The notes beneath the pieces were generated by a model that saw only the letters and a list, made by a program, of their open reading frames with translations, did no database searches and was not told the DNA's origin. From positions 28,458,001 to 28,522,000 of the forward strand of contig NC_043014.1 of assembly GCF_006345805.1 (NCBI RefSeq): a stretch of DNA of 64,000 nucleotides, in the 5' to 3' direction. The position numbers and the translations under genes are program-made. Position 1 is the first letter of the stretch; every line of letters begins with the position of its first letter. Source of the stretch: Octopus sinensis. Taxonomy: Eukaryota. Below are positions 50,976 to 64,000 of this stretch, piece after piece.

Positions 50976-51974
50976 GATAGGTTGCCATATTGCTTCTGTG
51001 CACTAAATTTTATTTCAGTCAGGGCATTAATCAGGTCGAGGATATAGTAGAAGACACTTGGCCAAAATACTACGCAATGAATCCGAACTCAGAGCAACAT
51101 GTTTACGTATCAAACGATACAGCTATGCTTGCAAATACTATATCACTAGATATGGTATTATAGAATCAATAGCTGAGTGATCTAGGTCCTACATTTTGTT
51201 CACTGGGATTGTGGGTTTTAAGCTCTAACCATACGAACTTTACTCTGACATGAAAATAAGCATGCCCTACATCGTATTATGTTTTGTTGGAACTTTACCA
51301 ACGAAGTCGTACAATAGTAGAATATTACTGATAAGTTGCATTTTCTATTTGGTTCCATAGTTAAGAGTCGTTACTTCTTAACGTAATGTGAAAAATAATA
51401 GATGACGGCCCTCAAATTAAAAGAAGTGACAAGCGTATATGAAAGAATACGAATTTCAGAGATGTTGACTAACAAGATTGTGCAATTAATATTATTACTT
51501 ATGTTGATTTTTAAAGAACAAAGTGTTAAAAAAATAATTTCAAATGAATTTATGAATATATAGCTCTTTTATCTCGCTACCATGTTGTTCCGAAATAACT
51601 GTGAAACTTTTACGGGTATTGCCAGTATATGTATAAATGCGCATGTATTGATATATGAATATAAATACAAAGATACGTACACATACACATAAATACACAT
51701 ACATGCACGCACGCAGACATACACACCACCTCTTACACACGTATATATATATATATATACATATATTTTTAATAATTTTGATTTATATTTAAAATAATAT
51801 AAATTAATTAATTTTATGTATTGGCTTAAGTTTTTCATTGTTTGATTTGCCTAATAGTGGTTTTATCTCTAATTTAATATAATATAATATTTTACTATAA
51901 AATTGGATTCAATCCTAAATCTGATTTTTCCCTGTAAGTTTGGATTTATTCCCTAATATTTTATATATATATAT

Positions 51975-52020
<46 letters not shown>

Positions 52021-52039
52021 TTGAAATTTCGTGGGTGTT

Positions 52040-52320
52040 GTCTATCAAACAAAATGCCAGTCAAATACTGAAAGCTATTGAAATGATATTATTTCCTACT
52101 CTAGGCACAAGGCCTAAAATTTTGGGGGTGTTGGGCCAGTCGTTTATTAGATCGAAACTAGTACGCAACTGGTACTTAATTTATCGACCCCGAAAGGACG
52201 AAAGGGCAAAGTCGACCTCGGCGGAATTGAACTTAGAGCATAAAGAGCGACGAAATACCGCTAAGCATTTCGCCCGGAGTGCTAACGCTTCTACCACCAG
52301 CTCGTCACCTGGCCATTAAA
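52040..52320 (-). mobile_element. SINE family B
   Basis: GCAAAGTCGACCTCGGCGGAATTGAAC...GAAATACCGCTAAGCATTTCGCCC. Confidence 0.85.
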
Positions 52321-53569
52321 ATATTACGTCTTCACTGGTCTGGTATTTTATCGACTGTGGTCAAATTTAAAGGTAAAATTAACCTCGGCAGGATTTGAAG
52401 TGCCAGACAACATATCATAATGCATTCTGCTATTCCGCCACCGAAGACACGCAGACACACGCGCACACACATACACGCGCACATGCATACATACATACAT
52501 ACATACATACATTCATACATACATACATACATACAAACATACATACATACATACATACATACATGTATACATACATGTATACATATATGCATACATATAT
52601 ACATACATGCATCCATACATGCATTCATACATTCATCTATACATACATGCATACATACATATGCACATACATTGTATATATATATACAGGCATACATGTA
52701 TCTGTATGTATATATGTATATATTATATATATATATATATATCTATATCAATATCTATCTATCTGTGTACACACACACACACACACACTCACATACACAA
52801 ACACAAACACACACACACACATACACGCATGCAGTCACGCACACACATACACTCACATATGTATATAGACGGATAGACAGATAATACGTATTCAAATCTT
52901 ATTTACCAATATATATGAATGCGTGTATATATGTGTGTGCTTATATGTGTGTGTGTATGTGTATCTATGGATATGTTTATATATGTATCCATATGTGTGA
53001 GTGTGTGTGTGAATGTATATAAACCGTAATAATTAATTTAATTTAAATCCAATTGTAAAAGAAATTTTATTTTACACTCATCAAATCAGTAAATTTAGAT
53101 AACGTTAACAAAAAGTGAAAATCGTTTTTTATCCTTTCACCCTCTCCTTCCACTGTCACCTTCTACAATATCAGTGACTCTTGCACGTTCAACCGTCCTC
53201 CTTCTTTTTTTCATCATTTCAACTGTCGTCTGCTTTAACGAATGTTTTTTTCGAAGGCGGGAAAAGAGTGAAAGAAAAAGAAAAATATACAACATTATAT
53301 ATATAATATATATATATAATATATATTTGTTGTATACACAACATATATATATATATATATATTATATATTTATTTGTTGTATATATATATATATATATAT
53401 ACTATATATTTATTTGTTGTATATATATATATATTATTTATTTATTTGTTGTATATATATATATATACATACGTGCATATATATACATATCAACACGCAC
53501 ACACTCAGACACACATCTATGTATATATACGTATGTGTGTGTGTGTAAAACCGAGTACACAAAGAAAGA

Positions 53570-53614
<45 letters not shown>

Positions 53615-53858
53615 AATAAAGAAAGAAAAGGAAGATATTACTAACGTCATGATGGCAGCGTATTTAGTTCAGCTGAGAAAGACAAGTCACACGAAACTCT
53701 TTTTTATGTTTCTTGAGGTCTGTATATGCAGATAAGTTAATGTTTTAGTCTATTTTGTTTTACAAGTTAACTTTATCTTGGGATTTTAATAGGCGTGTTA
53801 ATGGGACGTATTAAACATGTACACTCATACAAATTTACCTAAATATATGTGCATATAA

Positions 53859-53923
<65 letters not shown>

Positions 53924-54685
53924 GTGTGTTTGTGTATTTGCACATCGTTTTAGCTTATAGCAAGTAAAGTTATGAAAGAAAGTTTGGAAGAAAATAGCTA
54001 ACCGCCAAAATTTTTGAAAGAAAATTAATGAAAAATTATCGTTATACATATGCACACAAAGATTCACACGCACACATACAAAGACACACACTCATATACA
54101 TACGAACATATAGTGCATCTACATATAGGTATATGCAGCTGCATACATACCCATACGATGTTCCTGCCAGTTTTCACATTTATATGCATTATGTATAAAG
54201 AAGTACATATTAAATTTGATTAACTTTCTCAATCAATCTGCCAACTAAAACTTGCTCTTCGTAACATTCTCCAAAATCTTTCTTATCTCCTCACTCGGCA
54301 ATGTTAGAACCTCTTTCGCAGCATGTCTGAGCGGTTTGCAATTTTCTGCTGCTCAATTTTGCAACCGTAAACTTTAAATATTCAAAGTAGCCTGAATAAA
54401 CCGACGTCATCAAACTTTCTTATATAAATATATTTGATTCTAAATTTCTCCTAGAATTCTTTATAATGTTTAAATTGGCGTTAACATATGCCATATATGC
54501 TAAGTATTTACAGATTGTGATAATACATATACATACGTATATCTATATTTATGTACATATCTATTAATCTTTCTCTCTGTGTCTCTCTGTGTCTCTCTCT
54601 TGCTCTCTTACTCAGTACATACGGACACATACAAGCATATATATATATATAATATATATATATGTGTGTGTGTGTGTTGTGTGTG

Positions 54686-54730
<45 letters not shown>

Positions 54731-54917
54731 CGTGTGTGTGTTTGCTTAGAGTAATTATTTTACAGTAATTCAGAAATTAACATCAGAATATTTACAGATA
54801 GAGGGACTAAGTGCAAAAAGAACAGCCAAGTGTATTCAAAGCTTCGTTATGAAATGAAATTTAAGTTATGTCTGTCTGTCTGTCTGCCTCTCTCTTTCTC
54901 TCTCTCTTTCTCTCTCT

Positions 54918-54978
<61 letters not shown>

Positions 54979-55168
54979 GCAGGCGTAGCCCTCTGGTAAG
55001 AGCTTGTTTCCCGACCACCTTCTATAGTCTCGGGCTAACCAGTGTTTTGTGAGTAGATTTGGTAGAAGAAAACTGAAAGAAGCTCTTCATATATATTATA
55101 TGTGAGTGTGTGTGAGTGTGTGCGTATGCATGAGTGTGTGTGTGTCTTTGTGCATGCGTGTGTGTGTG

Positions 55169-55237
<69 letters not shown>

Positions 55238-55476
55238 AGTGTGTGCGTGTGTGTGCGTGTGTGACTGTCTTTGTGTTTGTCCTCCGCCACTGCTTGATAA
55301 CAACTAGAAAAATGCATGACTATAAACTCACCTAAGCGGTATCCCAGCATGGCTGTAGTCTAATGACTACTAACTTCATTGAAACATTTATTATTTGGTG
55401 TCCAAACTTCCATACCAATTGCAATAACCTGGTGACTGACAGACCCACCTCAACTCTGTCTTCTCTTTCAAGATAT

Positions 55477-55507
<31 letters not shown>

Positions 55508-57325
55508 CATATATATATACATGTATAATACATACATACATACATGCATACATATACATATATATACACACACACATACACACACACATACATACACATA
55601 CTGAAAGGGTGGTTTTCTCTGAAATTAAAATACTTATGCAAACACTTGGCTATCCCCACTTTTAAACCAAGCTTTTCATAAACAAATATATATATATATA
55701 TATATATATTATACACACACACATACATAGGTTTGGTTTAAAACAAGAAGAAATATGATTCAATACATGAATCTATATAATTTTTCTCAAAAGTTTGCTG
55801 CCGATTATTAAAGAAATTATAGAGATTGCATTTTATCGCTACAGCTGCAGATGATGACCCGATTGCGGCAATTAAATGCTTGCAAACTGTTTATACCGAG
55901 AAGTATATTTCGACTGAAAGATATTTATATATGCATAAAATGGCGTGCAAAATGTGGACGCACGTGAACTTTATATTGAAAAATTGTTTATGCGGCTTGA
56001 ATTCTAGTTTCTAAATTCTGAAACCGCTAAACTAAGTAACACGCGTGAAAGGATGGCGATAAAAAAAAACAAAACAAGAAAGGAAGCTGGTCAGGATTTG
56101 CAAACACTGCAGGCTACAGAGTATGATTGTCTTTTTTCTTGCACATTTGCATACACTTAGACACTTTAATGCACACCATACACTTCATGGCATGGTTGTT
56201 GAATTTCTTAAGATTTGCCCCACTTTCACTGTTCTCAGTCATTGTCCCACAGGGTATCCGAATATCTATTACTCTTGTCACTAAGTAGGCGTGGTAGCTT
56301 TGTCGGTTTAGTCATCGACGCTCAAATAATGTCTTAAATTATTAATAGTTATAGTTATATGATTATCAGAATATTTGAACTGACCCACACATGCGCGCTC
56401 GCCTGTATATTTTATAAAAATTTCTAATACGATGATTTATCGTACTTACACAGTAATATATCTGGAACAATATGCTCTCGGACTATAAGTCAAAATGATT
56501 CAGCTGTTTTGCCGCCCGGCTCCTTCATATACCTATAATAATTGGTAATGTTCTCAGAACATTGACTTAAACCTATATCAAATTCTATTATTCTCCTACT
56601 TGCGAAGCAGCTTGATCTTTCCGCTTACATCAAATTTTATATTGTTTGACCATCCTAAGAATTGGCCATCCTAATATGGCTACCAGCTAAACAACTACGC
56701 TTTTTATATTCATTAACATTGTCTTGTAGGGAAATTACTTAAAAGAAATTAGATTCTTACACGTAACGTGAGTGGTAGATGCATACATACTGGGTACGGG
56801 TTGGACAGTTATTTATTATTCACTATAAGTGTTTCGACTAAACGTAGTTCTTCAAGAATACAGGTATTTGATTATGCAACTATTTGTTTGCATAATAACA
56901 TCTATTTTATATTCACACACTACGAATGCCCAAATTCAAACTCGGAAGTATATAATAATACTACCGATAGTACCTGGGTAACTCTGAAGGTGGACGAGAT
57001 TTATACAGTACTCTACCACGTTCCTAACAGAATGTAATATAGCTATATTGTATTTATATTCGTGTGGTGGCATCGTCCGGTTTTCTATCCTTGTTTCGTA
57101 TAGATTCGATCCTTTTTCCAAGAAATCTAATGCTCGTAGCTTAGTTTTTCCTTGGGGCTGGCCGGATCGGAGCGATCTCAAGATTAATCAGCCGAAATTG
57201 CGAGGATGATCCGGTTCTTGACTGAAGATTAGAGGCTTTGAATGACCCGTCCGTTTTTTGTGTCGTCTATGTGAATGTTTTGCGTTCTTGTCCCATTTTG
57301 TATTTTTATATATATATTTTTATAC

Positions 57326-57356
<31 letters not shown>

Positions 57357-57492
57357 TGTATGTATGTATGTATGTATGTATGTATGTATGTATGAATGTA
57401 TGTATGTATGTATGCATGTATGCATGTATGTATGTATGTATGTATGTGTGTATGTATGTATGTATGTATGTATGTATGTATGTATACATATA

Positions 57493-57640
57493 TGACGGGC
57501 TTCTTTCAGTTTCCGTTTACCAAATCCACTCACAAGGCTTTGGTCGGCCCGAGGCTATAGTAGAAAACACTTGTTCAAGGTGCCATACAGTGGGATTGAA
57601 CCCGGATCCATGTGATTCTTACCGCACAGTTACGCCTATC
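57493..57640 (-). mobile_element. SINE family A, 5' half
   Basis: GACGGGCTTCTTTCAGTTTCCG...GAACCCGG. Confidence 0.85.
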
Positions 57641-59994
57641 CTTAATTACCATTTTATGTTTAACTATATATCTGTATATTACGTCATTAATTGAATTACC
57701 TATACTGCCTGTGCATTCAATATTATTCTCCGCCTACTCTTATGGTTTATCGTTCGGCTTAATTTTTGTCGTGTATTAAGTATTTTGACAATTTCAGAAA
57801 TTCATTTATAGATTAATTCCTGATAAATTCTTATTTTTTCTCAAGGTCTTATAATTTGTTATATATTCTTGTCAGTCTGCATATTTCTCTCTGTAACCGA
57901 AAAAAAAGTGATTTTTAATAATAGCTTTTTGAATGGTCACTTTGATCATTCATATATTGCGGCTAAATTCCAACTTAATGTAGAAGATTAAGACGAATTA
58001 CAGGCGATCAAATCACTTCCTTTGTATTTATCTCATTTATTTTCTCGTTCCTATAGAAATAAAATTAGTCTTATTTAGATTTGAACCCGATTTACCATCA
58101 ATCATTCTGTTCATCATTATTTTATATTAATTTACGTTGAAGATGAATAATTGATTTTCATATTCATACATTTGTATTTTTATTAATTACTCTTTGGTGA
58201 CTAAATATACTGTATAAGTGTTTGTACATTCGAACATTTTACAGCAGATGTCCTTGGGGCTGTTGCGTTTCATATAGTGTCATTGTGGCTACAATTATTT
58301 CAAGTTTTATAGTAATAGTCAACGGAGTAATTCAGTGATGGTCATATCCGTGGTAGCTTTTACACTGTCCAAGTTTTTATTTAGTAAAGTAATAGCTGTT
58401 ATTTTATATTTGCTGTCATACTAAGTTTCAGGCAAGTTTTTGATAATGGCAGCATCCTAGACAATTACTTAATGGCTTACTTCGCAACAAGTGAAATGAC
58501 CCATTAAACAATCAGTATCAGTGACGTAAATTATGCAGTAAAACTACATCTTCTGCCATGGTCAGGCACTGCCTGAATTTCAAATGACTTTGAGGCAGAA
58601 AAGACGTAATATCTTTTGTAACCTGAAATAATACAGAATTTATTACTTATCCACGTTAAAAGATTTAATCTTCAGAACATATTTCCAGAGAAATTCTTTG
58701 CAAAATTGACATGGGAAATACTGTTCTGTAATGTGTGACACCTATTTATGCAGAGAAAGGTGCTAATGAAAGAATTAAAAAAAACGAAGAAAGCTAATGA
58801 AGAAATGTGAAGGAGTGAAGAAATAAGTAGGAAAATTAGATTTCAACATTTTTATCAGTTTGTCTCAATTAGAAACAAAACCGCATTTTGCCATAAACTT
58901 GAATAGATTTTTCATCTTTCAAGATACTCACGAATTTCGTTTGATGTTTTTCATACATGCTTCAATAAGTTTCACAAACTAACCAAAACTTTTGAATTAT
59001 GAGAACTTTTTCAAGCAACTTTGTAGACTTTGTTGAACAACGTGAAATCAGTAAAGATATTTATATAAATCTGGATTTTGCTAAGGTATCTGAAGTGTAC
59101 AAGAACATATTTAAATTAATAGATACGATATTGTAACTTTGAGGCAAAGAATGTTTCATTGTCATTGTAATAACTCGAAAAGCCAGACTGAAGCGCGTGA
59201 ATAGCACCTATAAAAACTGTACGACTAACAGCATTCTATTCGTGTCCTGGCCAACCTACTAGACCAGAAGAAACATCATGGCTGTGGTTATCAAGGTGTG
59301 ATTATACTTTCTAATTAAAGCATTTGTGTTACTTTAACACCATTAAAACGTAAACTGAATCCTCACCTTTTGTAAATATCTGTGTTAGTAGCAAAATTGC
59401 TCATGAATACACATGGACATATCTAAATATTTATGTATAAATGTAGTACTACCTGATGATATTTATTTTAGACTTCTATTTTCTTTTGCTACAATGTTTC
59501 TGGTGAAAGTCTTCAAATGTTCTGTTTATGTGGATCATTTACTACTGTGACAAAATGTATTGCCATATCTGACGATATATGTACATAAGAAGAAGCTACC
59601 TTAATATACCTTAATACCTACTAGGTTTTCACTCGACAGTATTTCATGGTAACGCAGCTCGATACTTTGATGTTAAACATCGACTTAGGCTTGTAATAGG
59701 ATACATAGAGTCAGCAAAAAATTAAGTTACGGTCTTTATTTTCAGATTTTCTTCATTGCTTGTATTTTGTTCTTGGTATTGTTTTGCGCCGACCCTTTTC
59801 ACATGATCGAGAAGCAGTACAAACATAAAATTGGAGCTGTGTGTTTCGATTACTATATACTTCTGCAAGAATCTAACTCTTTTTACACAGTTGCTGTATA
59901 CATATTTGTAAATACTAAGGCCTTGTCATCTAAATATATATCTGTCTCTAGTTTCTCACCGAAGTGGAACTAATAGTTATATAAATAAATTGGG

Positions 59995-60185
59995 CACAAG
60001 GCCCGAAATTCGGAGGAAGAAACTAGTCAATTACATCGAGACAATACTTGACTGGGACCTTTTTTTATCGACCCTTAAAGGACCAAAAGCAACGTTAATC
60101 ACAGCGGGACTTGAACTTAGAATGTAAAGAGTTGGAACAAGTGCTGCAAAGCATTTTTTCGAACACTCAATTGGTTCTGTCAGCA
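59995..60185 (-). mobile_element. SINE family B, degenerate
   Basis: GGCACAAGGCCCGAAATT tail and TTATCGACCC core. Confidence 0.65.
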
Positions 60186-61534
60186 AGCCAAACAACTGAG
60201 AAGGATAAGAATATATATTTTAAAGCCAGTGAAATTTTCATAACATTTCTTACGCTTTTTCTTTTTTAAGATGTTGAAAGTAATACAAACTGACACAAAC
60301 GGAACATGCCTAATCAGCAGCTTTTGACATTTAATTTCGAAGTCAACCGGAGATTTATTAAAACTGAAGATTGTTTTTTAGATCAAACTAGAAGTTTTAT
60401 GAGTTTGTTAGCTCAATGTGAATATTCAGACATGAAGAACAGAGTTATTTCTCCGAGTTATTCCTTTATTTTTTAGTTAATGCATCTAAAATCTGATTAA
60501 AATATTTTAATATTTCATTCGTATATTTTTAAAGATATACATGGAATTCAATCAAAAATAAACACGAAATTCGTTCTACTTTCTTGAGTATATTCTTACG
60601 AGTGGCAGCTGATACAGATTCGAAGAAATCGTCTATTTTGTTCGTTATTGTAAGTATTTTGGTAAAGCGTTTGCCTTGTAGGGTTGGAGGGATGGGAGAA
60701 AAACTGTCTCCGGTATAGACACTGCATTCTGATTTAAACAACATCATGCATGAAATTATGTTGCAATCTAAATTATCTTGAATCGGATACTACACACCGC
60801 ATGTATTCAGTTTGTTATCGGAAAGCAACCATATTGAAAAGGTTTAAATGTTTTCTTCTTATGACTGAATATTTATTGATAGGGAATAACAGCTCAAACT
60901 CTCGATAAACTTTGGAGAAGTCAAAGATAATGCTTATATATTTTCAGACTAAAACGAAAATGGTTTCAGTGGCCCCTTCATATCTGTTACTTCTAGCTTA
61001 GTCGCGTTGATTTTGTGCATGTTGACTTGGTTGGCATCATAGTGAACAGTGAAACCATCGCAAGTGAGGAACTCTTAACTGTTTCTTCAACATCCTATAA
61101 GGAAAGGAACACTCTGATTAACAACTATGGTCTCATGTGCTTCTGGTCATCTTGCTATGGCTTGTCACTAGTTATTAATCAGGGAGACTCAGAGAGTGGT
61201 AGCCGTGTTGTACAAGCGAATATCCCTATAACCCAAAGACGTACAAATGTTTTGTTTTTTTTTATAATGTACTCATTTGACATTCCATCACTCATTTGAC
61301 ATTCCATCAACTGAAAGCCATATGACGATGGAAAAGTGGCAACAAGTGCAGACCAGTTGGAAGTGCGCACATTATGCTTGAAAGCAAGCAGATCTGCAGC
61401 GACACTGGATAATCATCTGAGAAGTCATGGAGGGAGAGTCAAATATGCTGTTCACAACGAGGAAGCACAGACAGAAATCATCTGTGAAGATGGAGCAGTT
61501 GTCATGTATGTATGTATGTATGTATGTATGTATG

Positions 61535-61565
<31 letters not shown>

Positions 61566-61599
61566 GTATGTATGTTCTTCAATTTTTAATTTACTGGTC

Positions 61600-63950
61600 A
61601 CCTACTTAACTGTAAGGTTGTGAAGGAAAGCATCTTGTTTTAACCACAATCCTTTAAATCTTAAGAAGGTCATGTGGATTTTTGTAATCCCAAATATCGT
61701 GATCATTTGTAGTGCATGAATTAAGGATTTGTGTTCTCTCCCCAACAGTCCAAGTTCAATCATACTTCGCTCCAGATGGGTCGGTATGTATCCTGTTGCT
61801 CCAAAAATAATACTATAAAACTGAAAGCATATCTTGGGAACTGGATTTGCAAAATCCAAAATCAATGGCCCATTGATGTCCTCTTTCTCTTGTATATTTT
61901 TAACCACATTGGTGTTCAGGGGACAACTGATTTCCACAACAACACATATCTTTTCCTTGTGGTCCCATAACAATATATGGCCGTTGTATTTTAATTGGCT
62001 GGCTGTTCTGATTTTTAAGTTCCACCATTATTCTTTTCACCCATCGGTTTCAATATAGTTATCTTCGTCTTTAGGTATTTTCTTTTTTGTTACCCTATTC
62101 CAGACTGTTCTGGCCACTGCATCATGCTTCACGGGAAAATAATATCTGGAAGACATTCTCTCACAGTTGGCAGTAATGTGGTTGATGTCTTCAGGCTTGG
62201 TCTTGCACAGTCTACGTTTGTTGTCTGTCAACGTTTTCTGCCTTTTATGCTATAGGTACTCCCTTGTTCTCGAATTGTATGGAATTAGCCTTCAAAGGCA
62301 GGATGTCATAAACTTTTGGGAGGACAGGCACTGCGAATGTTTTGAGGGCAATATGCTTGCTGTAGGCTGGGAGTTCTGATGACTATATTCTCATTACTTT
62401 GCTGAGGTATTCATTCCTGGTCCTCTCCGAATATGTGGGCCCATAATATCTGTCTAAGATACCTATAACTTCTACCTGACTATAGGGATTATATTGGCAA
62501 GCTGTTCAACTTTAGGTTTTCAGAGGTGGGAACGTTTTATTATGAAACGTGCACATTTCTACTGACCAAATTTCATCACAATGTCAGTAGAAAATGGATA
62601 ATGCGGTCCAATTGCTTTTTTATATGGTTGATATTTGGTCTATACAGTTCCTGGTCATCGAGAAAGAATAGAAGGGAGATACTTCTGGATGCATCTCCCT
62701 AGTCTCTATGTTTTGTGAGCAGGTATGATTGTCGGTTTAATAAGAGGAGGAAGAGCAACACTAACAGGCTATCACGCTGAATGATGCCTTTTTGGCAGCG
62801 AATACTATTCGGCTCAAGTTTCTCCTTCTCACATCTAAGGAGCAAAGTGGTGTACCAAGTCTTGGTCAGGCTTTCAGTAACACTCACTAATGGCTTTCAA
62901 TTACACTCACTAACTGTAAAGCCTTGATAATCCAGCTATGTAGTATACTATGAAAAGTCTTCTGGTGGTCCACACACACTACGGTTAAGTTCTTGCTATT
63001 TTTTACAGTTTTTTTTCTGGAGCATTTTTTTAATTAGTAGCTACTGTGTGCAGCCCTCACCTCCTTCTTTCCTTCAACTTGCTCAGGTGTTATAATGTTG
63101 TTGGTGGCACAATGTATCCAGGGTATAATAAGTGCATTATGTTCTAGCAGACTATTGCGTGGTAATTTTTAGCAGGGTGGTTTGGCTGTTCTTGGGGATG
63201 AGTAGTTATAGTTGATGACCATCGGGGCAGTTCTTTGGTGCCTTTGATACTATTTCCATACAACTTTATGAAATCTCGACGATAAATGGTAAAATTCTTT
63301 AGCCAATTAGTACCTGTTATGAGATCTAGGCCTAGGGCTTTCCTGTCTGACATTTTCTGTAGAATTGTTTCCAGTATTTGCCGTCTGTTTCATATTACTT
63401 TTGCAGAATATGTTGGCAGTAGTCCTTCTCCAGTTCTTTTAGCCATACAGCTTATTTGTTCAACTCATCAATTGTTTCCTACACAGATCTCCAGTAGCCC
63501 TCAACACAAACTTTTGTGTGGGATGTATTTTACAAAGATGGAGCCTTTCGAATTGAAGCTGCAATAAACTAATTTGGAATCTTTAGCAAATAATTTATTG
63601 CACATTTGCAGTTTATTTGTTGTAGACTTATATTTTAGTTTTTCAGCTGTATCTGTGAGTTATTGTTTCGGCTGGCACAGTTAGGGGTTAAGGTTTTTGA
63701 ATCATGTAACACCAGATCACTATTCTATTTTCTTTTTTTTTTTGAGATTTCCCTGATGTCGTGTGAAGTTGTTGTATGTGTTACATTTCATAACAACAAC
63801 GATCTCTGGGATACTTTTTCGCAGGAATAAAATTTTATTTTTTAAGCTACGTGCCCATGCTGGTTGAGACGTTTTGGTTGAATCTCGATTGCGTGACTTC
63901 AGCGCTTTGCGATACGCTAGTAATGTAAGAGCTGAGACATATATAAAAAA
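61600..63950 (-). mobile_element. R4/Dong-clade LINE, decayed, with internal deletions; may extend past the window
   Basis: KALGLDLITGTNWLKNF...KNYHAIVC; KGIIQRDSLLVLLFLLLLN; RLCKTKPEDINHITANCERMSSRYYFPVKHDAVAR; LWDHKEKICVVVEISCP...KIHMTFLRF. Confidence 0.85.
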
Positions 63951-64000
63951 AAGTTAATGGTTCCGTAAATCGTTTTCATACTTTAGTATGTCTGGTCTTC

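Noticed and set aside
55900-56070. AAAATGGCG/GATGGCG YY1-like motifs and a few CpGs suggesting a promoter; similarly the CpG-richer block at 35400-35700
   Set aside because: Short motifs occur by chance, and there is no linked gene or TSS evidence.
57215-57255. CTGAAGATTAGAGGCTTTGAATGACC as a hammerhead
   Set aside because: No GAAA and no stem II or III.
61015-61510. Possible exon or LINE relic, including a 19-bp tandem duplication at 61271-61308
   Set aside because: No convincing motif in any frame; the short duplication is an ordinary slippage event.

Overview
Eukaryotic, AT-rich, repeat-dominated non-coding DNA (intergenic or intronic). The density of (TA)n/(CA)n/(ACAT)n/(TATC)n/(TAA)n microsatellites and the tRNA-derived SINE families point to an Octopus-type coleoid cephalopod genome (inference from recalled repeat families, not a database match). 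I can support no host protein-coding exon. Almost all ORFs in the supplied track are microsatellite translations or frameshifted transposon relics. Relics read by eye: several Tc1/mariner elements (three with both TIRs), a maT/DD37D-like element, a Chapaev3 fragment, hAT fragments and a MITE, RTE, CR1, R4/Dong and HERO LINE fragments, a LINE-like ORF1 with a CCHC knuckle, and Penelope-like tails. A 100-N gap lies at 44919-45018. The strongest unexpected signal is a 271-bp element (40965-41235) with 69-bp terminal inverted repeats whose spacer is almost entirely a well-formed type I hammerhead ribozyme on the minus strand. Other highlights: five further minimal or degenerate hammerheads in Penelope-like tails, a TRIM-like miniature LTR element with PBS and PPT, a ~0.8-kb micro-inversion that splits a SINE and leaves a 22-bp inverted duplication, a 668-bp foldback element, and a TSD-flanked SINE trimer. 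All alignments, translations and folds were done by hand, so boundaries of decayed relics are approximate.
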